Origin: a bacterium
GTDB lineage: Bacteria > Patescibacteriota > Patescibacteriia > JACPHY01
Assembly (NCBI GenBank): GCA_030647005.1
Contig: JAUSKG010000034.1
Span: 4,050-68,049, forward strand
Reading direction: 5' to 3'
Length of the DNA stretch: 64,000 nucleotides
Both the position numbers and the translations under genes were made by a program. The notes beneath the pieces are model-generated. The model searched no databases. It was given only the letters and a program-made list of their open reading frames with translations, and was not told where the DNA came from. Below, piece by piece: positions 55,689 to 64,000 of the stretch. Numbering within the stretch: the stretch's first letter is position 1; each line of letters starts with the position of its first letter.

Positions 55689-55754
55689 GTAGCGGAAACC
55701 TTTAGGTTTCCACGTACAGCGCGAGACGGATGGAGGTCTGAAGACCTCCGCTAC
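55689..55754. repeat. GTAG-type REPIN (family D)
   Basis: Same arms as 30640-30729. Confidence 0.8.
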
Positions 55755-55772
55755 ACCATTTTTTCAACGGTC

Positions 55773-57133
55773 TCACGGAGAGAATTCACGCGTAGGCACA
55801 AGCGGGAGCGTGCCGAGGGCGAGGAGGGTCCAGAACTGGATGGCGAGGTCGTTCTTGAATGTGGGGATGTCCACGAGGCCGAAGATGAGCAGTGCACACA
55901 TCGCTGCGATGATGGACGCGGAGCGCCACGTTGCGAACGCGCGGGTGAAGAACACGATGAGGAGCACGAGGAAGATGAGGAGCCCGAGGAGCCCGAGCTC
56001 TGACCACACGGCGAGGAGGAGATTATGCGGATACACGAACGTCTCGACATCCTGCTTCTCCTTGTACTGCTGGATGGCGATGGGGTAGCCAGCGAGTCCG
56101 GCACCGCGGACGGGATGGTCGGCAAGGAGCCCCCACATCTCGCGGTACTGCGAGAGCCGCACGCTGCCAGACCACTGCTGGAACGTGAGCTTCTGCCACA
56201 CCGTACTCCCGTCCCGCGGCCGCTCGGGCTGGAACGGCAGCCATGCGGTGATGAGGAGGCACGCCGCAACCCACCCAACGACAATCGTCACCGCAATCCC
56301 GCGCGCATGTCGCGCGACGAACGACTTCCACACTTTGAACGCGACGAGCGCGATGAAGCCCGCGACGACCGCAACCATTGCCCCCGCGCCTCTCGTGAAG
56401 AACACCGCCGCAATCGCCGCGATGCCGACGAGGAACAGGAAGATGAGCGCGAGCACGGAGTGCACGATGCTCTGTTCCCCCACCTCTTCTAGAGGGGGGG
56501 TGTTCGCCGCCGCGTAATCGCCACCATCCCGAACGCGAGCGGCACGAGCGGCGCGAGGTACAACCCCACCGCATTCGGGTATCCGAACACGCTCGTCACG
56601 CGCCGCGTCGCGACATCGAACCACGGGAACGGAATCCCGTAGCCGCTCCAGTGCTGCCAGATCGCCACTCCCGCAACGCCCGCTGCGCCAACGAGGATCG
56701 GCAATACGATGGTGCGGAGCGGACTGAAAATGTTGAGTGCCCGAATCACAAAATACGCCAACACCGGCTCCACGATGTACGCCTTCCAGATACCCCACGC
56801 CGCCGCCCCCGCATCCGACCACATCGCCGCGAGCAACCCCGCGACAACCCAGAGCACCGCGAGCACGACCATGCGATCCGCAAACGGCGACGCCGCCGCT
56901 ATAGTCCTCCCCCTCATCTTGAGGGGGAGCGAGAGGGGGTGTCCCCCCCGCCCACACCCCAGCACCACCACCGCCAATACCAACACCATTCCTTCCAACA
57001 GCGTCATCGGAATCCCAAGCACCTCGAACCGCACGAGGTACGTCGGCAGCAACGCGAGGAGTACCCCGAGTGCAAGACGGGGGCGATACCAGGCAACAGC
57101 GGCGTAGGGGAGGAGCGCGAGGGCGTAGGGCAT
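55773..57133 (-). pseudogene. O-antigen ligase (Wzy_C/WaaL/PglL-like) gene split by a frameshift at 56489-56500
   Basis: 5' frame 57133-56489 (RVTSVFGYPNAVG) stops at CCC CCC CTC TAG; 3' half (FTRGAG, GAGLAGY, YPHNLLL..WSELGLLG) continues in another frame. Confidence 0.8.
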
Positions 57134-57134
57134 A

Positions 57135-58673
57135 CTACGACGCGCGGAACGCGACGACCATCCGGCGCGTCCATGGAATAAGGAGTACGGCCGCACCGTA
57201 CGCGATCACCCCGAGTGCTACGCGCGGGATGATGTGCCACGCGGGAACCGCGAGGACGGCGAGCGCCATGAGACCGGAGGCGAGGAGCGCGGCGACGGGG
57301 ATGCGGAGGTCCAGGCGCACTGCGGACGTACGGCGCACGACGGCGAACGTCGCAACGGCGATAGCGATCTCGGACGCGACGGTCATCCACGCAGCGCCCC
57401 AGTACGAGTAGCGCGGGATGAAGACGAAGTAGCCGATGAGCGTGACCGCGGCCACTGCAGCGTACCCCCAGAGCATCGCACGCTGCCGCTCGAGCGCGAC
57501 GATCGCGTAGCCGAACGGCTGGCCGAGGAAGATGCCCAGGAGCGCGAGCGACAGCACGCCGAGAATCGGACCGGACACCGCGAAGTCGCTCCCCGCCACG
57601 AACGCCATGATCGGCGTGCCCAGTGCCAGGGCACCCGCGGCGAGCGGGAATCCGAGGAACGCGAGCCCGTCGAACACGCGCTGGAGGCGATGCCGGAACG
57701 CCGCGCGATCACCCGTTGCCCACGCCGCCGCGAGGAGCGGGAGCACGAGCCCCATGACGAGGTGCGGGAACTGCGTGACGACATCGAGGAGGCGGTACGG
57801 CGCGGCGTAGATGCCCACCTCCTCCTCCGGCCGCACGAACGAGAGGATGACGGTGTCCGCGCGGAGGTAGACGAGGTTGAAGATGATGGAGAGCGCGACG
57901 GGCCAGCTCTTCGTCAGGATGCGCTTCCAGAGCGGGAAGTCGAACGCGAGCCGGACGCGCACGATGCGCTGCGCGGCGATGAACGTGATGGCGAACATCG
58001 CAACGTTGCCGATGACCGTCGCCCACACCATCGGGAGGATACCCATCCCCCGCCACGCGGCGAACGCGACGCCCGCCGTGAGCAGCGCGCGACCCGCGAC
58101 ATCCGCGATAGCCGGCCAGACCATCCGCTGCGCCACCTGGAACGGTGCCAAGAGAATCTGGTGGAGCACGATGCCGAGGAACGAGAACGTCGCCGCCGCG
58201 ATGCCGACGCGCACCACGGGATCGTACACGGGAATGACGAAAGCCACCGCCGCAGCCGCCGCGAACACCACAACCGCCACGGTGAGGCGCATGGTGAAGA
58301 TGTTGGAGAGCAGGACCGCTCGTTCGTCATTTCGACCGAGCGAATCCGATGCGGTCGCGGAGAAACCTCGTTCCGCCGCGGAGATCTCTCGACTCGAATA
58401 CTCGCTCGAGATGACGAAAGAAGAGGAATCACTCGCTCGAGATGACGAGGAGGAGAGCCGTCCCAACTCGCTCGGCGCGAGGACATTCAACCCCAAATCC
58501 ACCGCAACGCCGAAGAGCTGGAGATATGCCATGATCGTGGCGTACTTCCCGTACCCCGCGAGGCCGAGCGCGCGCGTGATAATCGCGATCGCCGCTACCC
58601 CAAACGCAATCCCCGCGAGCTTCCCCGCGAGCTGGATGCCGGACTGCGAAATGATCCGCCGTGTCATGGTCAT
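57135..58673 (-). CDS. Wzx-type polysaccharide flippase with in-frame palindromic insertion
   Basis: ITRALGLAGYGKY, DLGL, YLRADTVILS, EVGIYAAPYR. Confidence 0.9.
   Translation of the reverse strand: MTMTRRIISQSGIQLAGKLAGIAFGVAAIAIITRALGLAGYGKYATIMAYLQLFGVAVDLGLNVLAPSELGRLSSSSSRASDSSSFVISSEYSSREISAAERGFSATASDSLGRNDERAVLLSNIFTMRLTVAVVVFAAAAAVAFVIPVYDPVVRVGIAAATFSFLGIVLHQILLAPFQVAQRMVWPAIADVAGRALLTAGVAFAAWRGMGILPMVWATVIGNVAMFAITFIAAQRIVRVRLAFDFPLWKRILTKSWPVALSIIFNLVYLRADTVILSFVRPEEEVGIYAAPYRLLDVVTQFPHLVMGLVLPLLAAAWATGDRAAFRHRLQRVFDGLAFLGFPLAAGALALGTPIMAFVAGSDFAVSGPILGVLSLALLGIFLGQPFGYAIVALERQRAMLWGYAAVAAVTLIGYFVFIPRYSYWGAAWMTVASEIAIAVATFAVVRRTSAVRLDLRIPVAALLASGLMALAVLAVPAWHIIPRVALGVIAYGAAVLLIPWTRRMVVAFRAS
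58326..58446. mobile_element. Family B element(s) in-frame within flippase gene
   Basis: GTCATTTCGACCGAG...CTCGAGATGAC plus an extra half; translated SSSRASDSSSFVISSEYSSREIS...DSLGRND. Confidence 0.85.
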
Positions 58674-59028
58674 AATCCCAAAGCTTGAGGAGCACCTCCA
58701 TTCTATGGTATACTGATACTAGGTGCTAGTTCGAGTTCGCTCGGTTGAGCGAAACGGAATGCGACCCGCTCCAAAGCATTGAGCGAGTTGCTCCGAAAAA
58801 ACCAACAGCCACACCAACATGGGTATCCCCGACCTCGCGCAGCGCGTCGGTGGCCTCGAGCCGAACGCTGACGCGACTTTCACCACCGGACAGCTCACCT
58901 TTGCCGATCTCACGGGCGGCGCGTCCGCGCAGTTCGTTGGTGCCGGTAGCACGCTCGTGAACGCCGCGTCGGTCTCGCGTGCATGCCGCATCGAAATCGG
59001 ATGGAAGACGTGCCGGAAGCAGATGCCT

Positions 59029-60597
59029 ATGGCTCCTCAGCGTGGCGCAACGCTCGCAGCGTCCGCGGCAACCATTGCCGTGGCGCTTGTTTGTGTCCTG
59101 GCAGTATCGTACTGGCTCACGCTCATCGAGCGCCGCATTGATGCATCCATGAGCACGCGCGAAGCCGTCCACACGATCCTTGGCATTGAGACCGCGTATG
59201 CCGCAGGCGAGCGCGCGCCGCTCCTCATTCGCTCGCACCACATGCCTGTCACGATCACTGCGGGCGACACCGTGAACCTCTCCCTCGGATTCAAGAACGA
59301 GAGCACGTTTACCTGGAAGCGCGGCATGGGTTCCACCGCGATCCTCGAACGACTCACGCCGAACGCGCCCAGCCGGCTCATGGCGGACAACTGGATTGAT
59401 ACGATGCGCGCGACATTCCAGGATGAGGACGCCCTCGCCATTGGATCACTCGCGCTCTTCACCGCGTCGTTCCGCGCGCCGATGGAGGCGGGGACGTACA
59501 CGGACACCTTCGTCCTCCGCACGCTCGATGGTCGCACGCTCGATGGATCGGAGACCGAGGTGACGATGGTCGTCACGCCGTCGCTCTCCATCACCACCGC
59601 GCAGACCTCAATCCCGCAGGACGCGACCGCCCCATCCACCATCCTCGCCGCCGCAGGCACCGATGGTACCGATCCGTTCTTCGTTGCCGAGATCATTCGC
59701 TACCCCGAGGAGCCCAAAATTCGCGTGGGTATTGAGTACATGGAGCCAAAGGAGAGCGTCTGGTTCCCGCACGTTGTCACCTCCAAGAGTGCCTTCCGTG
59801 TGATCGAGGAGAGCGGCAACGAGGTCCTCGTGGCAAAAGCAAACGAGAGCGTCGCGGTGGACTACAAGCCGTCCGATGGCACCTACCGCCTCAAGTACGG
59901 CACGGATTGGTACACGCTCGACGAGCCGCTCCGATTCATTCCGGTGGAGAGCGGCGCGCTCATGCAGCTCCCCTACTACACGGATAAGCTCTCCTGGGAG
60001 GGCAACACCGCGGACAACATCTTCCGCGGCATTCTCGAGGTACGGTACGTCCCGCACACGGATCGGCTCTGGGCGATCAATGAGCTTGGCCTTGAGGACT
60101 ACCTCCGCGGTCTCGTCGAGACGAGCGACTCGGCACACCCCGAGTTCCACAAAGCCCAGGTGGTGGCCGCGCGCTCGTTCGCGCTCTACCACATCGAGCA
60201 GGGCGGCAAGTACCCGAAGGGCGAGTTCATCCTGCGCAACGATGCGCGTGATCAGGTATACCGCGGCGAGAACGCGGCACAGCGACGGCCGCGCCTCACG
60301 GAGGCCGTCGCAGCAACACGCGGCATCGTGGTGACGTACGGCGGCGATGTCGCCGTCACACCGTACTTCGCGCAGTCGAACGGCGCCACGAAGGGCTGGC
60401 ACGAGGTTTGGGGCGGTGCCACGAAGGGCTGGCTCACCGGCGTGTCCGATCCGGTCTGCGCCGGCAAGCGCGAACTCGGCCACGGCGTGGGCCTCGCCCA
60501 GCGCTGCGCCATGGAGCTCGCCAACCAGGGCTGGGTCTGGCAGTCCATCCTCCACCACTACTACCAGGGCATCCAGCTCCGAAAGATCTACGAGTAG
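59029..60597 (+). CDS. SpoIID/LytB-domain protein with NBR1-Ig-like domain
   Basis: FKNESTFTW, FRAP.EAGTY; INELGLEDYLRG, KAQVVAARSFAL, DQVY, GHGVGLAQ; frame open from 58819. Confidence 0.9.
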   Translation: MAPQRGATLAASAATIAVALVCVLAVSYWLTLIERRIDASMSTREAVHTILGIETAYAAGERAPLLIRSHHMPVTITAGDTVNLSLGFKNESTFTWKRGMGSTAILERLTPNAPSRLMADNWIDTMRATFQDEDALAIGSLALFTASFRAPMEAGTYTDTFVLRTLDGRTLDGSETEVTMVVTPSLSITTAQTSIPQDATAPSTILAAAGTDGTDPFFVAEIIRYPEEPKIRVGIEYMEPKESVWFPHVVTSKSAFRVIEESGNEVLVAKANESVAVDYKPSDGTYRLKYGTDWYTLDEPLRFIPVESGALMQLPYYTDKLSWEGNTADNIFRGILEVRYVPHTDRLWAINELGLEDYLRGLVETSDSAHPEFHKAQVVAARSFALYHIEQGGKYPKGEFILRNDARDQVYRGENAAQRRPRLTEAVAATRGIVVTYGGDVAVTPYFAQSNGATKGWHEVWGGATKGWLTGVSDPVCAGKRELGHGVGLAQRCAMELANQGWVWQSILHHYYQGIQLRKIYE

Positions 60598-60681
60598 GAA
60601 GCATCGCGACGAAAAACCACCGGAAACTCCATCCGGTGGTTTTTCTGATGCTCGACCCATGACGGCGCGTCGGTGCGGAAC

Positions 60682-60868
60682 GGGAGGGGGTAAACCCCTC
60701 CCCTACGGGGTACGCGCAACGCAAGGAGGATGAGATGCCCAATCGCCACGGGAATCGCGTAGGGGCGGGTTTTATACCCGCCCGTCCGGATGGCCCAAAA
60801 ACAGCGTAGGCCTAGGATATTCTATGTGCCTCTGTCATTTCTCGCTAGCGGACTCGCTCGAAATGACA
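60682..60868. repeat. Cluster: two family C REPs plus short family B element
   Basis: 60682-60706, 60759-60783, 60833-60868. Confidence 0.75.
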
Positions 60869-61061
60869 AAGAAAAAAGGTTGGAATCACACAATAGTAAC
60901 GATCTCCATGAGTTCTACGGTTGCATATTTGCTCCGTTGAGCCAAGCACTTGACAATCTGCCAAAAATATGGTCTACTGATTAGTCCCGCTGCACTGCTG
61001 CAGCGTGGTCCGTGCCGGATTGCGGCGCGCTTTCCCAATCGAACAGATAGAGGAGTCCGAG

Positions 61062-62489
61062 ATGAGAATCATGCTCGCTTGTGTTCTCGCGGTGGCAGGT
61101 GGCTGCGCCGCGGTCGGCACGCAACACGTAGCAAACAACACCGGAAGCTGCGACATCGTTGTGGCGATCGCGGCGGACGGGCGCAGTGCGCTGTACAAGG
61201 ATCTGAGCGCCGAAGGCGGAACGGATGCGGTCGGCAACAACGTGTGCGTCGGCGAGGTGAGCGTCGCCTGGGACGCGAGCTACGAGGCCCGCGCCCAAAC
61301 GCTCGATTCCGCGGAGCTCCGCTCCGCGATCGCCGAGTCCGTCGCCGCGTACCGCGAAGTCCTCGCGGCGAACACGGGGCACCTCCACGAGATGCACGCG
61401 CTGGACATCGGGATCGCCATGTGTCGCTTCGAGAGCTACACCACCGATCGCGCCCAATCCACGGGCTCGATGAAGCGCGTGCGCACCGCCGTGGCCACCG
61501 GTAGCGGGGACCTCGGCGGACCCGGATACCTCGCCCTGTTGCTCAATCGCGCGGTGGCGCTGCACGATGTGGATGCCGCGCAATCGTTAGCGACGCTGTT
61601 CCACGAACAGGCCGTCGCGGTGCATGGCGCGCACACCAACTACGCGCACCCGGGGGCCTGCGCCCGGGTCGCGGAGTCCGCGTATCGCAATGAGCTGCAG
61701 ACCCTCCTGCGGAGCGGGCGCGAAACCCTCGTGCCGGAGATCATGCCGCAATTCGCGTTCCTCCTCGGCAACATGCCGTGGCACATCTCGCAGAACGACA
61801 TCGTCGAGCAAGTCATCAGCGAGAAGCTCCGCGCGCTCGACTTCGCCGCGGTGGATCGCATCGCCGCCGCCATGGGCGTGGAACACGCTTCCATGGCCGG
61901 CCTCGCCGAGGCCGCGCTCAGGGAAGCGTACCGCCACGCGTTCATCGAGCGCGACCTCTCCGAGCGTCCCGCGAATGTCGTCGCCATCGGGGAGCACTAC
62001 GGCTTCGACGAACGGTCGTACTCCTGGGCGCGGACGTACGGCTACGCCGATGCCGCGAACGCGCGATGGGCATCCATCGAAGCCGTCCTCCCGGACCTCC
62101 CGCATGAGAGTCGCGTGGAGGTTGCGAACGACCGCATCGTTGGCGAGCGATGGAGCAGAAGCATCACCGTGGACACGCTACGCGAAGTACACCGCTTCAT
62201 GCAACTCGCCGGCGTGACGGTTCCGGATGTACGTTTCAACCTCGCCATGGCACTCATCGGCAGCGTCGAGGCGGAGAACGAGAACCTCGAACTCGCCGTC
62301 GCGTACGCGGCGCAGCACATGGGCGTCACGCCGGATCAACTCTGGAACGAGGACACATGTACGCGCTTCGCTCCGGAAGAGAATACGGTGAGGACTGGCG
62401 CATGGGAGCTGCGCTGCGGTGACGCACTGGAACGCGCCCGTCGCAGCGCCCGCCTGCACCCCGAAAAGATCGTCCCGCTCCCGCTCTGA
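61062..62489 (+). CDS. Hypothetical putative lipoprotein
   Basis: GAGGAG RBS, LAVAGG-C lipobox-like; terminator at ~62501-62536. Confidence 0.75.
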   Translation: MRIMLACVLAVAGGCAAVGTQHVANNTGSCDIVVAIAADGRSALYKDLSAEGGTDAVGNNVCVGEVSVAWDASYEARAQTLDSAELRSAIAESVAAYREVLAANTGHLHEMHALDIGIAMCRFESYTTDRAQSTGSMKRVRTAVATGSGDLGGPGYLALLLNRAVALHDVDAAQSLATLFHEQAVAVHGAHTNYAHPGACARVAESAYRNELQTLLRSGRETLVPEIMPQFAFLLGNMPWHISQNDIVEQVISEKLRALDFAAVDRIAAAMGVEHASMAGLAEAALREAYRHAFIERDLSERPANVVAIGEHYGFDERSYSWARTYGYADAANARWASIEAVLPDLPHESRVEVANDRIVGERWSRSITVDTLREVHRFMQLAGVTVPDVRFNLAMALIGSVEAENENLELAVAYAAQHMGVTPDQLWNEDTCTRFAPEENTVRTGAWELRCGDALERARRSARLHPEKIVPLPL

Positions 62490-62549
62490 GGGAGCACCAA
62501 AAACGCCCCAGCACCATCACGGTGCTGGGGCGTTCTCTTGCGCCATCGC

Positions 62550-63119
62550 TCACGGGGTGGTCACCGGAGGTGGCGGCATCGCGTCGCTGTGGTGGAACCG
62601 CCGATCAACATCCGCCATCTCCAGGATGAACGTGCGAACCGCGTTGGGGTCGGGGACATCTTCGAGTAAGAACCGCTCGGTTGCAGCGGCGGTCTGCACG
62701 TGGACGTTGCCGTAGTTGAAGAACGTGGGGAACACGCCGCGCACGTCTGTCGTGACGTCCTGCACGCGCCAGAGGTCGAGCTCGGCAACGGTCCGCGCGA
62801 AGAGCCCGTGCTGCTCCATGGAGACGAGCCGATCGTTCGTGATGACCCAGAGGTCCAGCTCGTAGTCAATGAACATCGTGAAGAAGACGAGCCACATCGA
62901 GAGCTCGAACGCGCCAAAACCCAGCACGAGCGCGGGGTACGCCACGGGGTGCGCGAGGATTGCCGGAACGTTCACGCGGAGAAAGACGAACAGCCCGAAG
63001 GGGATCGCGGCGAGCGCGGCCCAGACGATCACGCGCTTGAGGAGCAAGAGCCAGTGCCGCCGGAGCTCGAGGACGCGCGTCTCGTATGCCTTCTGATGGA
63101 TGAGTGTTGAGATGTTCAT
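62550..63119 (-). CDS. Membrane protein with bacterial PH (bPH_2) domain
   Basis: RRHW, ITNDRL, VQDVT..FNYGNVHVQTA. Confidence 0.85.
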   Translation of the reverse strand: MNISTLIHQKAYETRVLELRRHWLLLLKRVIVWAALAAIPFGLFVFLRVNVPAILAHPVAYPALVLGFGAFELSMWLVFFTMFIDYELDLWVITNDRLVSMEQHGLFARTVAELDLWRVQDVTTDVRGVFPTFFNYGNVHVQTAAATERFLLEDVPDPNAVRTFILEMADVDRRFHHSDAMPPPPVTTP

Positions 63120-63373
63120 AGCGAGATGCGTGACGGCGCGCGGAGCGTCAGACCCTGGAGCAGTGGCCGTGACCAGTCCACATCGCGCAGGAGCGTGAAC
63201 GTGCCCCACATGACGACGGATACTCCGGCCAGAAAGAGGAAGAGGGCGACGTAGTTGCGCGTGCCATACGTCCCGAACTTCACCATGTGCCAGATCGCGG
63301 CGAGCGCGAGCACGCCGAAGAGTACGAGGAAGCCGTAGAAGAGGTAGAGGAGATGGATGAGGGTGAGGGTCAT
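63116..63373 (-). CDS. Small 2-TM hypothetical protein
   Basis: Hydrophobic, WHMVKFG; overlaps next start. Confidence 0.65.
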   Translation of the reverse strand: MTLTLIHLLYLFYGFLVLFGVLALAAIWHMVKFGTYGTRNYVALFLFLAGVSVVMWGTFTLLRDVDWSRPLLQGLTLRAPSRISL

Positions 63374-63385
63374 AAAACAATCCTG

Positions 63386-63521
63386 TGTCATTGCGAACCG
63401 AGTCCGCGAGGTGTGGCAATCCCGGTCATCAGCAGACCCATCCGACAACAACGGCACGCGCATTCGTCCTGTGATGACCGGGATTGCCGCGTCGCTCGCG
63501 GACTCACTCCTCGCAATGACA
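63386..63521. mobile_element. Family A palindromic element
   Basis: TGTCATTGCGA...CTCGCAATGACA; spacer related to the 32920 copy. Confidence 0.85.
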
Positions 63522-63539
63522 GAAGCAAGAGGATTCGCT

Positions 63540-64000
63540 TTAGAGGAGCGTTGCTACTCCAGCGGGAATGGGGATACCGAGGTGCTCGTACGCGCGCGGG
63601 GTTGCGATGCGGCCGCGGGGGGTGCGGTCGAGGAAGCCGAGCTGGAGGAGGAAGGGTTCGTAGACCTCCTCGATGGTCGCGGCCTCCTGATTGGTGGCGG
63701 CGGCGATCGTGGAGAGGCCGACGGGACCGCCGGCGAACTTCTCGATGATGGTGGTGAGGATGGTGCGGTCGAGCGCGTCGAGGCCGAGCGCGTCCACCTC
63801 GAGCTGCGCGAGTGCCGCGTGCGCGAGTGCGAGCTGCACCTGCCCATCGCCCTTCACCTCCGCGTAGTCACGCACGCGCTTGAGGAGGCGATTCGCGATG
63901 CGCGGCGTTGCGCGCGCACGCTTCGCGAGCTCATCGCGCGCATCGGTGGCGAGGCGCACACCAAGGATGCGTGCGGAGCGTTCGAGGATCGCGGCGATCT
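63540..64000 (-). CDS. ruvB: Holliday junction branch migration helicase RuvB (3' part)
   Basis: [34 protein letters not shown]. Confidence 0.97.
   Translation of the reverse strand, partial: IAAILERSARILGVRLATDARDELAKRARATPRIANRLLKRVRDYAEVKGDGQVQLALAHAALAQLEVDALGLDALDRTILTTIIEKFAGGPVGLSTIAAATNQEAATIEEVYEPFLLQLGFLDRTPRGRIATPRAYEHLGIPIPAGVATLL

Noticed and set aside
142-63959. Numerous long antisense or alternate-frame ORFs in the track
   Set aside because: High-GC shadow ORFs overlapping recognisable genes, with no motifs or expression signals

Overview
High-GC bacterial chromosomal segment. The gene set (tandem T4SS_pilin-type genes, DUF5667/CARDB giant proteins, GT-C glycosylation cluster, core genes without Shine-Dalgarno sites) is typical of Patescibacteria/CPR; this assignment is an inference. 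Core genes: lspA, dksA/traR, pnp, NYN, rpsO, xerC/D, an MQO-like FAD oxidoreductase, galU, uppP, O-antigen ligase, flippase, SpoIID/LytB, ruvB, and tRNA-Arg(TCT), -His(GTG), -Ser(CGA). Many ORFans with their own TTGACA-17-TAnnnT promoter, GGAGG RBS and terminator are interspersed. Main observations: (1) a ~420-nt, densely base-paired RNA candidate with no convincing ORF, its own sigma70 promoter and a terminator-like end (7125->6705); (2) about six families of REP/RPE-like palindromic elements, several inserted in-frame in four envelope-glycosylation genes; (3) an island of methyltransferase-like, coiled-coil, GHKL(MORC-like) ATPase and 4xHTH genes; (4) a 2673-aa DUF5667-15xCARDB-PKD protein with basic/aromatic loop insertions; (5) a split O-antigen ligase frameshifted at a G7 tract; (6) a seven-pilin array. 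All calls are by eye; no database searches or folding were run.
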